Assembly: GCA_038087875.1 (NCBI GenBank)
Contig: JAXLNO010006153.1
Location: 186,001-250,000 of the forward strand
DNA: 64,000 nucleotides
DNA from: Malacoraja senta
Taxonomy: Eukaryota
Direction of reading: 5' to 3'
Below the pieces are notes generated by a model. That model was not told where the DNA came from. It was given only the letters and a program-made list of their open reading frames with translations, and searched no databases. Shown one piece after another: positions 39,139 to 51,441 of the stretch (positions are counted from its first letter, which is position 1; each line of letters opens with the position of its first letter). A program made the translations under genes and the position numbers.

Positions 39139-39332
39139 AACTAACATTGCATATGAACAAGTGAGTATACCTCGTGCTAGAGTCAGATCAAGGAGATGTG
39201 GTACAAAGACAAATTTAAATGATCTTTATCTGAATGCATACTGCATTCATAATAAAAACAAATGATCAATGCTGGGAATTAAATATTCCAGGGTACTTGT
39301 ATTTTTTAGAGGAGATGGGCAAAATAGAAAAG

Positions 39333-40185
39333 GATCTCACCAGGGTCTCCTCGATATCCCGCAGCTTCTCTCTTGTTCCACCTACCCCCATTCGTAACAA
39401 GGACAGAGTCCCCCTTGTCCTCACCTTCCACCCCATCAGCCGTCACATACAGCATATAATCCTCCAACATTTTTGCCATCTCCACCGGGATCCTACTACT
39501 AGCCACATCTTCCCCTCTCCACCCCTTTCTGCTTTCCGCAGAGACCGTTCCCTCCACAACTCCCTGGTCAACGTCCCTTCCCACCCAAACTACCCCCTCC
39601 CCAGGTACTTTCCCCTGCAAGCGCAGGAGATGCAACACCCGTCCTTTACCTCCCCCCTCCTCTCCATCCAAGGACCCCGACAGTCTTTCCAGGTGAGGCA
39701 GAGGTTCACTTACACCTCCTCCAACCTCATCTACTATATCCCCTGTTCCAGGTGTCAACTTCTGTACATCGGCGAGACCAAGCGCAGGCCCGCCGATCGT
39801 TTCGCTGAACTCCTCCGCTCAGTCTGCCTTAACCTACCTGATCTCCCAGTTGCTCAGCCTCCCCCTCCCATTCCCAATCTGACCTTTCTGGCCTGGGCCT
39901 CCTCCATTGTCAGAGTGAGGCCCAGCGCATATTGGAGGAACAGCACCTCATACTTTGCTTGGGTAGCTTACACCCCAGCGGTATGAACATTGACTTCTCT
40001 AAGTTCAAATAGCCTTTGCTTTCCCTCTCTCTCCACCCTCTCCCCCTTCCCAGTTCTCCAACCAGTCTTACTGTCTCCGACTGCATTCTATCTCTATCCC
40101 GCCCAATCCCCTGACATCAGGCTGAAGAAGGGTCTCGACCCGAAACATCACCCATTCTTTCTCTCCAAAGATGCTGCCTCGCTGT
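39333..40185 (+). mobile_element. Second Penelope-like fragment (frameshifted GIY-YIG, 3' repeat)
   Basis: RVPLVLTFHP, LSAFRRDRSL and LIYYIPCSRCQLLYIGETKRR in ORF 39234..39986. Clearly homologous to 37011-37760. Inserted in CR1 debris. Confidence 0.9.
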
Positions 40186-40639
40186 GTCCAAAATAGAAAA
40201 GGAGTCAGGTATGCCTAATATTACCATAGCAGAATAAAGAGAGCAAAGAGAAAAAAAACAGACTCAAAAATATCAATTAAAATAAGCTTGGGTGGAGATA
40301 AGAGATGGCAAAAGTCAAACAACTTTGGCAGGTGTTGCATGTAGACACTAAAAACAGGAGTGATAATCTTAGAGTGTAGTAACCAAGGGAATAAAAGAAT
40401 CACAGGGACTTTAATGTACATGTAAGCCGGCAAATCAAATGACTGTGGAAGTGTGAGGGATGAATTCATCAAGTGCATAAGTAATGGTTTGCTGGATCAG
40501 AAATCAAAGCAGAAACAGTCTATTGCACATCTAGCATTGTGTACGAATGGAAAGGTTAATTATGGTATTAAATCTAACCAAGGCAAACTACGAAAGCAGG
40601 TTGTATGATCTGGTCGTGCATAATTGGAAACTACACTAA

Positions 40640-40950
40640 CAGAGAGTGAACGCACACAACCTTTTTCCCCACGGTTGGAGAATCAAGAATTAGAAGGCAC
40701 AGGTTTAACGTGAGTGGGGATGATTTAACAAGAACCTAAGGGGCAGCTTTTTCACTAAGAAGTTGGTATGTATATGGAACGAACTACGGGAGGAAATGAT
40801 TGAGGCAGATATAAGAACATTTAAAATAATTTGGACAGGTACATGGATAGGAAGGTTTTAGATGAATGTGTGTCCAAAATGGGCAAGTGGGACATAAGCA
40901 GATCGGCATAGACAAGTCAAGCTGAATGGCTTATTTTCATGCTCCATATA
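40640..40950 (+). mobile_element. CR1 3' fragment
   Basis: ctttttcccacggttggagaatcaagaattagaaggcacaggtttaacgtgag...ttggacaggtacatggatagg. Confidence 0.7.
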
Positions 40951-41007
40951 GTAAATAGGCAATGGCAAACTTTTAAGAACCTTTGGATATCAAAAGGTAA
41001 GGAAAGT

Positions 41008-41485
41008 AGAAACAGGGAACTGCAGATGCTGGTTTGCACAAAAAAAAAGTACTGGAGTAATTCAGCAGCTAATGCAGCATCTCTGGAGAACATGGATAGG
41101 TGACATTTTGGGTCGAGTCCCTTCTTCAGACTGTTGGGGGGCAGGGGGGGTCGGAAGAAAACAGGAAGAAAGGAGGAGCAGGACAAAGTCTGGCAGGTAG
41201 TAGGTAAGTACGGATGAGGGAGATTTCTGATAGGCAGATGGTTGGACAAAGGTTCGAGATGAAAAGACAGTTACGAGACAAAAGGATTGAAGAGTTGCGA
41301 ATTGTGAAGCTAGAGGATGGAATGTAGATGGAAGTGGAGGAGGAGGAGGAGGAGGAGTGAAATAGGTGTGAGAAATAGGTGTGAAATGGTTAGTAACCGT
41401 GAGATCCAGTAGGCCTTGACGTACTAAGTACATGTATTTGGTGAAACAGTTGCCGGGTCAATGCCTAGTCTCGTCATTGTACAGG
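41008..41485 (-). mobile_element. Older Penelope-like 3' fragment with degenerate hammerhead core (41102-41129)
   Basis: Same 3' unit, a long pyrimidine-rich UTR, and a remnant resembling the LYIGET...FAEH coding sequence near 41440-41485. Confidence 0.65.
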
Positions 41486-44400
41486 CTTATAACGTTCCCA
41501 AGAAGGGCGGTAATCTGAGAATAGGGAACATTTCAGAATTCGACAAAGAAGGACCAAGTTGACGTTAAGAAAAGGGATAAATGAAAATGAAGGTAATCTA
41601 GTGAGAAATAAAACAGACTACAAAAATCCGACGTAAAAAAGGAAAGAAAATAGCAAAAATTAATGTGGTACAAATTATGTTGCAGAGTAAAGAATGAGCT
41701 GAAATATTAAATAAGTGTCTTTCACATAACATGGAAGAAGATGGTGGAGAACTATAGTTTTGAGTGAATAAGGGGCTCAAAGAAATTGACATTAGTGGAA
41801 AAAATGAATACTAGATAAATTAATGGATAAATTCCCAGGGCTAGATGACCATCATCTTTGGGGCTCACAAGAGAGTGATTATGGAAATAGTTGGTACAGT
41901 CACCTTACAAAATTCCATAGATTCTACAATAATCTCCACAGGTTGGAAGACATCAAGAGTAAGCTCAAAAGTGTATCAAAACTTAAGTAAGAAGGGAGAG
42001 AGAAAACTGGAAACTTTAAAGTTAGCCCCAAAATAGAGGTAGGGAGGCTAATGAAACTTTGGAATTCGCTAAACAGTCACGGTTAACACATGGTAAGCAA
42101 CTAGAAAAAGATTCATAGGGAATACAGTATTTCTTTTCACTGCTGGAGATTGAGCCAACCTATTCACCACTATGATTCAGCTTTTCCTTGAAGGTTTTGG
42201 CCTTTCAGAAGTTGCTAAAACAGTTGCAGAACTGCTGATGAAGTCAGGAGGAGGAGGAACAAAGAGGAATAAAAACAAAGCAAAGACTGACGACTAAAAT
42301 TACCATGCCACTATTTCATTCCATGTCCTACAAAACATCTGTTGCGATATTTGATAGAGAAAAATTGGCCAATTGTGCAACTGACAAACTATGGAGAAAT
42401 GAAATATTTGTTGGCTTTGAGAAGCAGGATAGGAACCACAGTAGTTGCCATCTCCTGAATTTTTCCAGAAGTGTTGTTAATCATATATCAACATACTCCG
42501 TGATTTGTGAGTTCTGTGTTTAGATGTGCAGATCCAATAGCACGATAGTAAACTACAAACAAAATATAAGCAAATGACAACCCTTTTGCTGGTAACTTTA
42601 TTCAATTTTATTGAGAAAGTTGCCTGTAAGGTTTATTCATCTCTCCGGACACCAGAACATGAGTGGAATGAGAATAAAAATGAAAGGGAACATTGGAACT
42701 TCAGGTGAACTTAAAATGAGTCTCAAAAATTTAGATAAGAGAAAAGTTAAGGTATACTTTTTTATTTTTTTACCTCAGTTTTCATTGTAAAATGTGAACA
42801 AAATTAGTACATAATTCCAGACAGAAATATCCAAAACATTCTTAACAAAATAAGCGAAAATCAGCAAAGAAATTTGATGCACAATTTTTCCAGAGGCAGT
42901 CTCTAACAGCAGGAATCTTGACAGGTGATAGGTAGGTATTCTTGACAACACACATCTTAATGAAGTTGATTTTATTTTGCTGGCAACATTCACACAGGTG
43001 ATAACATCATCAACATGCATGACACTCATTCCTGTCTTACTAACAGAAGTTAGAGTTATAATGTGACACCTAGGATCTTCGTTTGCAAATCTTAGTAAAA
43101 CAAGGAGCAAACCCTGCAGCATGTTGGCAAGGAGACAGGAATTAACAAAATCATGCACAGCAGAGGCATGCTGTGAACTCTGCCTGGATAATGATCTCAT
43201 GCCTCATGGGGTAAAGCTACTCTCAGCAAAAGATCCAATCTGTGAGGATGAGGGATTGCAGAGTGTTGGGGTTCGGTCCAGTGATGTATTTCCAGTATAT
43301 TTCTTTGTCTCCATGGCAGCCTTTTATGTTTCTGCATTGTGACTGAAAACAATTCTTTAAGGTTCTGGCACATATTCCCCATTCTTCCTAGTGGTAAAGG
43401 CAAGGCACGCTGCCTTTTACAGCAACTTGCATACAACAGATTCACTAGAGCTCAGAGAGAATGAATTGTGTCTCCTACGAGAGGTCTACCCCTTCATCTG
43501 GGCTTGTCAATGATCAAGGGTGCTCTTGAATGCTCCGGTAATGGGAGTATAGTGGAGCAGTTGGTAAGTTAGTAAACTAGCAGGCAGAGTTTGAGGTCAC
43601 TGGTTCAAGAACTACCATGGTAGTTGGGAAATTTAAATTCCATTAATTAAATAATTCTGGAGTGTTAAATCTTAATCTTAGTAATAGTATCCGTGAAATC
43701 GCTGAATGTGGTTAAAACAAAACTATTGAATTAGAATGGTTGAAAGGGAAAGAGCAGCATTATTAGGAAAACTGCTTTAAAAAATATGATGCAGGGAAAG
43801 TTAGTGAAACTTAAGTAAAATAAATGTCAGGTCTTGACAGATTACAGAGAGAAGTGGGAAAGAAGATGGTCTTCACAGTCCTTCGTTCATCCTCACATTT
43901 GGACACTGCGCTAAAGGAATGGAAGCTGCTGGCAATATCTGAATTGAAAGAGAAAGTGGGGAAACCCTTCAGCCCCACATGAAGGCAGAGCATGTAAAGT
44001 TGACAGATCTCCTCCCTTTAAGAATATTAGAGATTCAGATATAATATTAAGACCAGGTTTGTGATTATTAACAGATGTAAATCCCACAGGTGCCATGCTA
44101 ATAGTTGAGCTCATGTCACTGGACGTTTAGTCCAAGCCTCTGGATTACTATTGTTCCATCACTATTTCCCGTATCAGGCAACTAGCACAAATTATATAAA
44201 CCACAATATAGTTCTTTAAGGAAATGTAAATTGCATTGATATGGAAACACAGTAAATGTTTTGCATGTAAACTTTCAAATGGCACATAATGCCATGTAAA
44301 TGTCTTTAATAAAATTTCCCCTGATTATGATGAAAGAGAGTGTTGGCGAGAGTACAGAATGTTTTTATATTTTGCCAAAACGATCAGTGGGGTTAATCGA

Positions 44401-44843
44401 AGGTTAATATAGTCGTTGGTACATAGGGGAAAATAGTTAGAATGTAGAAGTTAACCATGTACAGTACTGATCCAAAGGCCCAAAGTAAATATCAAGACGC
44501 AAGTTCAACTCTTAGCATGACTGTGGAACTTAAGTTTATTCACAATCTGGAACCCTATCTTAAAATTATATCTGATTGTCCAATGAGGAAAATATCTGGC
44601 ATCCTTGCATGGTCTGGCTTGATGTTAGGCTAATAAGTTCCCCCCATTTTCTCTTATATCTAAGATATTGCCAGCAGCTTCCATTGCTTAGCACAATGGC
44701 CAAATGAGAAGATATATGAAGGATTGTAATAACCATCTCCTTTCCTTCTTCTCTGTATATAGAACTTTGTCTTAAGATTTTGGAGATAACACAGTTTAGG
44801 AAGTGTGAAGATGGCATGCAAAGTTGCAAGAGGGAGCGGGAAA

Positions 44844-45141
44844 GGGTGGCAAAGTGGAGCAGGTGCTGCCGCTGCCTCTTGGCTCCAGAGACCCGGGTTC
44901 AATCATGGCCTCGTGTGCAGTTTGCACTTGTTCTCCCTGTGACTGCGTGGGTTTCCTCCAGGTGCTCTGGTTTCCTCACACATACCAAAGGTATGCAATA
45001 ATTGGCCTCTGTAAATTGCCGCTCGTGTGCATGGAGTGGATCCAAAAGTGGGATAACTAGAACTAGTGCAAATGGGTGATCGCTGATCAGCGTGAACTCA
45101 GTGGGCCGAAGGACCTTTTTCCATGCTGTACCTCTAAACTA
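44844..45141 (+). mobile_element. Full-length tRNA-derived SINE (HE1/V-SINE type)
   Basis: Colinear with 790-1092. B box GGTTCAATC. Confidence 0.85.
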
Positions 45142-46499
45142 TATGACATGAGATTGGAGTGCAGGGCCAATAGTTGGCATATATTAGCTCATGCATCTCC
45201 AGCAGAAACAGCACTCAGATGATGAATGGGCAAATGTACATGGTCTACAAGGTATCATCAGCATGTTCTCCTTCCAAGCAGTAATGCTTAGAGGCATCAG
45301 CCCTGATGCAGGGGAACCTAAAATGAGAGTCAGTCATACTCTTTTTTGTGAGGCAGCACAAGCTGGTGCAAACCGATTAACCTCCTTCACATCATCTACT
45401 GAGGTTCCAAGTATGAAAATGGATTCCACCACCTCCAGCCCCACTTTAAATGTTCAATCATATCTATCAATTTTACAATATGTTCAATGTTTAGCCATTC
45501 ATCCTTTTGCATTGAAACTGTTGCCATTGTTGCCCCAGTAACTACTGTCAACGGGCAGGCTCTTTGATTCAATAATTTGCTTTGGATTTCCACCTTGTTT
45601 ACACAAGGTAAAGTGACTCCACCTGTTCCCACCCTTATTTATACAAAAAAATAAAAATAAAAGGTTGGAATTCCACAAGACATTCCCATGTGGAAATGAT
45701 TTTAAAAAAACATGCCATTCCAGGGAAATCTGTGTTCTATCTTCTCGGCAATGTGGTGGCATTTGCTGTGAGCAAGCAAACAACCCATTTCAGAAGCCGA
45801 GTATTGTCAGCAGGTGTAAAAGGCATTTGATTTGGGGGAAAAAAAGTCTTGGCACAAACCTTAAAATTAATTTCTAATTTTCAGGCCGGATGAACTTTGT
45901 TAAAAACATAGAGACATGATAGTTAAAAATTAAGCAAGCCGTAAAATCAAAACCAAAAGCAGACTATATTTCTGATACCACTCCAATACACTTGTCACTA
46001 TGGAAAGTTAGTTATTACCATTGCCTTCTACAAGTAACTCGCACTGGTTCCTCACTTTAAAAGTATAGGTTGGCAGAAGCTTGTCAATTTTCCTGTAAGA
46101 ATGTTTTAATGAGGAGCAGCAGGGTAATTTATAAATGGAAGGGAATGTGAACTGATTAATATTTACACTGATGAAAAGAAACCTAGTGAATAAAGAGGTG
46201 TGAGAAACTCTTGGCCACCTTCGGTGATTGCAGTTGGTAAAATAATAGTATAAAATGCACAGATGGAGAAAAAGTCTGCAATACTCAACATTTTTTGTAT
46301 ATACCTCAATTTTTAGTGGCTTTTTCTCAAAGCCATGCATCATTCGGAAGTCAAGAGGGTGGCGAAGTTATCTCTCCTAGTTATCGCTGCCTCAAAGACC
46401 ACATGGGACGTGGTGCCAGTACATATTCTACCATCAACGTTGTTCCTCATAGCAAAAATGTCACTTGCAGTAACTTCATTGTTAAATGGTCTAATTAGA

Positions 46500-47000
46500 G
46501 GAAGGACATTCTTGATATTGAGGGAGTGCAGCGTATGCTCACCTGGTTAATTCCCAGGATGGCGGGACTGACTTATGATGAAAGAATGGGTCGACTGGGC
46601 TTGTATTCACTGGAATTTAGGATGAGAGGGAATCTTATAGAAACATGTAAAATTCTTAACGGATTGGACAGGCAAGATGCAGGAAAAATGTTCCCCATGT
46701 TGGGGGAGTTCAGAACCTGGGGTCACAGTTTAAGAATAAGGGGTAGGCCATTTAGGACTGAGATGAGGAAAAAACGTTTTCACCCAGAGAGTTGTGAATC
46801 CGTGGAATTCTCTGCCACAGAAGGCAGTGGAGGCCAATTCTCTGGATGTTTTCAAGAGAGAGTTAGATTTAGCTCTTAGGGCTAAAGGAATCAAGGGATA
46901 TGGGGAAAAAGCAGGAACAGGGTACTGATTTTGGATGATCAGCGGTGCTGGCTCGAAGGGCCAAATGGCCTATCCTGCACCTATTTTCTATGTTTCTATG
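46500..47000 (+). mobile_element. CR1 LINE 3' fragment
   Basis: ORF 46526..46879 LTYDERMGRLGLYSLEFR..RGNLIE...GHSLRIRG, and tail gaagggccaaatggcct...tttctatgtttctatg. Confidence 0.9.
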
Positions 47001-47014
47001 AATTGTATAGTAAA

Positions 47015-47957
47015 TGACAGGACACCATGGAATGTTATAGAACAGAGAGATATAGGGTTACAAGTACATCGTTTCCTGAAGTTGGCAATGCAGCTGGACA
47101 AGGTGGTGAAGGCAGCATTTGGCCTACTTGCCTTCATTGGACAGAGCATTGAGTACAAGAGTTGGGATATCATGTCAGAGCTGTACAAGATGTTGGAGAG
47201 ACCGTACGTGAAACACCATGCGCAGTTCTGGGCACCATACTGTAAGGAAGGATGCGATTAAGTTAGAGAGGGTGAAGAAAATGTTCCCAGAGATGTTGCT
47301 GGGATTAGCTGGCTTGAGTTATATGGCGAGACTGGATATGCAATGTCTGGTTTTCCTCGAGCGATGGTTAAGGGTGACAATAAAGATTTATAAAATCATG
47401 AGGAGTTTAGTTAAGGGGGATGGTCACGGTCTTTTTCCCAGGATAGGGGAGTCTAAAACTAGGGGACATAGGTTTAAGGTAAGAGGGGAAAGATTTAATG
47501 GGCCACAAGAGGCAAGTTTTTGGGTAAATGGAATGAGCTGCCGGAAGAAGTAGCAGAGTGAGATACAATTGGAACAGTTAAGTAGCATTTAGATAGGAAC
47601 ACAAATAGGAAAGACATAAGGGCCTGTCCCACTTGCCGATTTTTTTGGTGACTGCCGGCATCATTGACTGACGTAGCAGGTCACCGAAAAAGTTGCGGCG
47701 TGCCACGGCATGACGACGTATTGACGCGCGGTGTTTCCTCAAGTGTCGCAACATTTTTTTTGTCGCCACTGGATTTTGAAATGCTCAAAATCTATTGGCG
47801 ATCCTGATATGACGCCGGCAGTCGCCGAAAAAATCTGCAAGTGGGACAGGCCCTTTAGATCAATATTGGCTAAATGCAAGCAAATGGGCTCATGAAAGGC
47901 ACCTTGGTCGGCAAGGACAGGTTGGGCCAAAGGGCATGTTTCTCTGCAGTGTAACAC
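47015..47957 (+). mobile_element. Older CR1 3' fragment interrupted by a Harbinger MITE
   Basis: KVVKAAFGLLAFIGQSIEYKSW...QFWAPY, KLERVKK and TRGHRFKVRGERF in ORFs 46935..47553. Tail gggccaaagggcatgtttc. Confidence 0.85.
47619..47854. mobile_element. PIF/Harbinger MITE
   Basis: TIR AGGGCCTGTCCCACTTGC at both ends. Flanks ATA/TTA (TTA TSD with one change). Inserted in CR1. Confidence 0.82.
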
Positions 47958-49088
47958 TAACTCATTGGAAACAACACGCATGATATATTAAATGGAATTA
48001 AAAAATGCTTCAGCAGTTTAAACTCATTAAACTTCAATAAGCTCAAAGGTTTTTTGCTTTATCCCAAGCAGTGCCTATATTAGGCAGATATGTCTGGGCA
48101 TGATCAGTATTTTACATATTTACAGTCCACTGGCCAAGGCAATGCTGCATTCACACACACACACTATCAAGAGAATCAGTTCAGTTCATGCCTGAAGCAA
48201 TCCCATGGCTCTTGAACTATTTAGGATGGAAATTCCTCTACCCATTCAATTAACGGTTTCAATGGCTACACCCTTTGTCCCTTTCAACAGATTGCTGACT
48301 CAATATACCTCTTGAAACTGGATTCAATGTAATGTCCTCCCTTTCCAATTTTATACCTGGACCACAAAAACAGTATTTAATAGCATTGGCCTCTGGTTTT
48401 ATGGAGAGCTCAGTACAAGCACGTGCACTCACTGCATTTACAAGTATCAGATTCAAGTAGCGTTTTATTTTCAAAATTGTAAGGCCGTGCATTAATCAAG
48501 ACATAATGCAATTGGGATTAGAATGGGGGAGGAGGGGTTGACAGAGACTGGAACCCAGACTCATATAAAAGTAAATTGCCACATCCTGTGCTCCCTGTAG
48601 GGCATTTCATCTGAAGGAAGCATGTCAGTGTAGCTGCTGTAACAGTGTAGCTCTGATAATGATCCACATTCCCTTCAAACACAGTTCACTGTTGGGGGTG
48701 CAAGATCCGTGAAGTTATTCTATAGTTTAAAAGGCCTCTTTTCCCATTGTCTTAGGCGTCGCCAAAACTATGTATTCCACACAAACAATGTGCTCCTCAA
48801 AGTATCCGTAATATTATTGCATGTTGTATATTCTCTGATTTAAATGGTTTAAAGGGTTTAATTTATTCAATTCAGAACTAGAATTCCTAGTGCCCAGAAA
48901 ATCTTCCATGACTAACAAACATGGGAAACAGCACAATCTCCAGAGAAAATATATTCTGTGCTGTATTAAGACAATGAAATTATCCTCCTTCATAATTTTA
49001 TTCTTTGAAGCTGGTCCCACTTTAATAATAAATGAGGGAAGATAATATTTGAGACAAATAGGTACTGGTAAATCATTTCAACACTTAC

Positions 49089-49143
49089 CCATAATTCCAC
49101 ACGAGAGGAGAGTGGGCCCTTTACTCATCTTCTTTGGACTGCG
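49089..49143 (-). CDS. FAM53B: FAM53B 55-nt coding exon, RSPKKMSKGPTLLSCGIM(E)
   Basis: tttcag| acceptor and G|gtaagt donor. Peptide matches FAM53B HTPKKMSQGPTLFSCGIME. Phase 0 in, phase 1 out. Confidence 0.93.
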
Positions 49144-51122
49144 CTGAAATTATTAAAAGTAGCAGTTAACTCAAAATTAGAACAGAAAATCTCTGAGGTC
49201 AAGAGTGGGCTAATATAAAAACGCCATTATAGGTTGCTGACTAACAAAAAAAATGCATGCATCAAAAATAAAAATAAAGAGGTCATGAAGTTAGCCAATC
49301 ATATCCCAAGGGAAAAGAAATGCAATTGGCAAAGGTGCTGATGCAGCGAGACATTTTACAACGCGAGTTACCCAATCACAACAAAAGAATTGTGTCATGT
49401 GACATATTATGACACCACTAACTGACTAATTTTGAATAACACACATGTAGGAACTTAAATGATTACGACTTTTACCACTTGGCCTGTGTGAAAAATCTAC
49501 TAGTAAATACAGGCCTTTAACTTGAATTCTAAACGATTGTGAAGAATTTGCATTTTTTTCCCCCTTTAATAATTGTCGGAAATGTCAATTGATGTTAAAA
49601 TATTGCAATTTTCCTGCTAACTTTTTTATGCATGGGCACGGTTCACTTCAATTTCAAAGATGAACCTTTTCTGATGAAATTATATCACTGGAGATAAATG
49701 AAAACCCAACCTGAAGCCATCTAGTTTAAAATAAGATTATCAGAGACAAATTGACTTCATAAGTTCATGTTCTTATTGAATCGAAGAGTGGTAAAACTGC
49801 TTCCAGCTCCGAGGTTTCGAGTTTAAATCAACAGCTGGAATTCATAGACTTTTGCAAACTCCTTGCTTGATATGACTTGGGAATTAAAACCGACACTTCT
49901 GTACTCCAGAGATTAAATTAGCAAAGCCGCAAACTACAACTCTGTATCTACATCTGATCACCATTCACAGCTTTCCTGCTTGGACTTCCTTCTCCTACAT
50001 AAGTGTTCTCCATTGTTCATAATCTAGGATGAACTTCATTTTTTTTTTAAACTGAGAATCAATTGCCTTTGTTTATGGACACAGGATCTTGAAGATACTG
50101 AAGTTAGCCGTCTGTTCACGATTTTGGTCAGAAGATGGACTTCTCTATCCTGCGACAACATGAACCAAGAAATGAATTGTATTCTACCATTTTAAAAGGC
50201 AATCTGCACCATGCAACACCTGTAGTAGTCATTAGTACTGTGGAAGTTCCTCTGACTACCTTCCCAAAACTGTAAGTAGCCTGGCCAGAAGAATTACATA
50301 ACAAATATTCCAAAAGACAGTGAATTATGGCCAGACATGGATTACATTTCCCTTCCCGTTTTCTGGATGTGTTTTTTCTGATCATCTTCTGCATGGCTAT
50401 GTTGTGAGCTACATATCAGCCTGCCTTCATCCATTCCTCATGGTTGTCATCGGGATACTGGCCTTGGCATGCCACGTAGGCGCACTGTTCAGTCTTCACT
50501 TGGCCGCCACATGGGTTCACTGTCCGCAGGCCATTTTGAGTGGTGATCTGGAGCAGGAACTGCAAGTGATTTTTTTTTCCCCCTCAACAATCCCAGTGGC
50601 AATGTCTTAACTCCGGTGTTCTCACTGTCACTATTGTTGGGAACAACCAAATGAACACAAGCCGGTGACCAAATCTGAACTTTTATTGGCTGCTCTCTAA
50701 TTTAACAAAATGACCTGATACGAGTGTAAACTTGCAAATGTTGATTATTTTAAAGAATTGCATACTCTATTCTTGTATTTGAGAAGCTTTCCTTCAGAAT
50801 AATTTCATGGTTTGGCCACAACTGTGAACAGATGGGTCTGTAATAACCTCTGCCATTTTACACAACTGTCTCTCTCCATTCCAGAAGAGACTTTCAACCT
50901 TTTAGGAAGCCACTCAAACAAAAGATTAAGTGCTAATTTCATGTATTTACCCTCAACAAGATATAGCAAGAACGAGAATGATATTTTAACACTATCTCAG
51001 AAAAGAATTAAACCACTGTTTAAACGTAATCCACTGATGCTACAAAGGGACGGCACCACCAGTTCTCTGTTACAGGCATCAAACTCTTCAGTGTTGAAGC
51101 AATAAAGGCTGGCTTCACTTTA

Positions 51123-51441
51123 AGGGCCTGTCCCACTTTCCCGAGTTACTCACGAATTCTCCCGAGTTTTCCCCTTGATTCAAACTCGGAGAATGTCCGT
51201 AACGAGTCCGTAGGAGGCCATAGGAGTCCGTAGATATATCATAGCGGCTCGTTATGCCAGCCGTAGGTACTCGGGGCATCAGGTGAGTCAGGACGTTTTT
51301 TCGGCCTGATGAAAAATGTCCACGAGTAAAAAAATAGCCCCTAGTACCTCCTACGGACTCGTTGCGGACATTCTCCGAGTTTGAATCAAGGGGAAAACTC
51401 GGGAGAATTCGTGAGTAACTCGAGAAAGTGGGACAGGCCCT
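51123..51441. mobile_element. PIF/Harbinger MITE with 95-bp TIRs
   Basis: Arms 51123-51217 and 51347-51441 with two mismatches. Perfect TTA TSD. Confidence 0.9.

Noticed and set aside
50420-50690. Possible ancient LF-SINE-like repeat (also near 33515-33815)
   Set aside because: Only a vague resemblance. It cannot be supported without a profile search.
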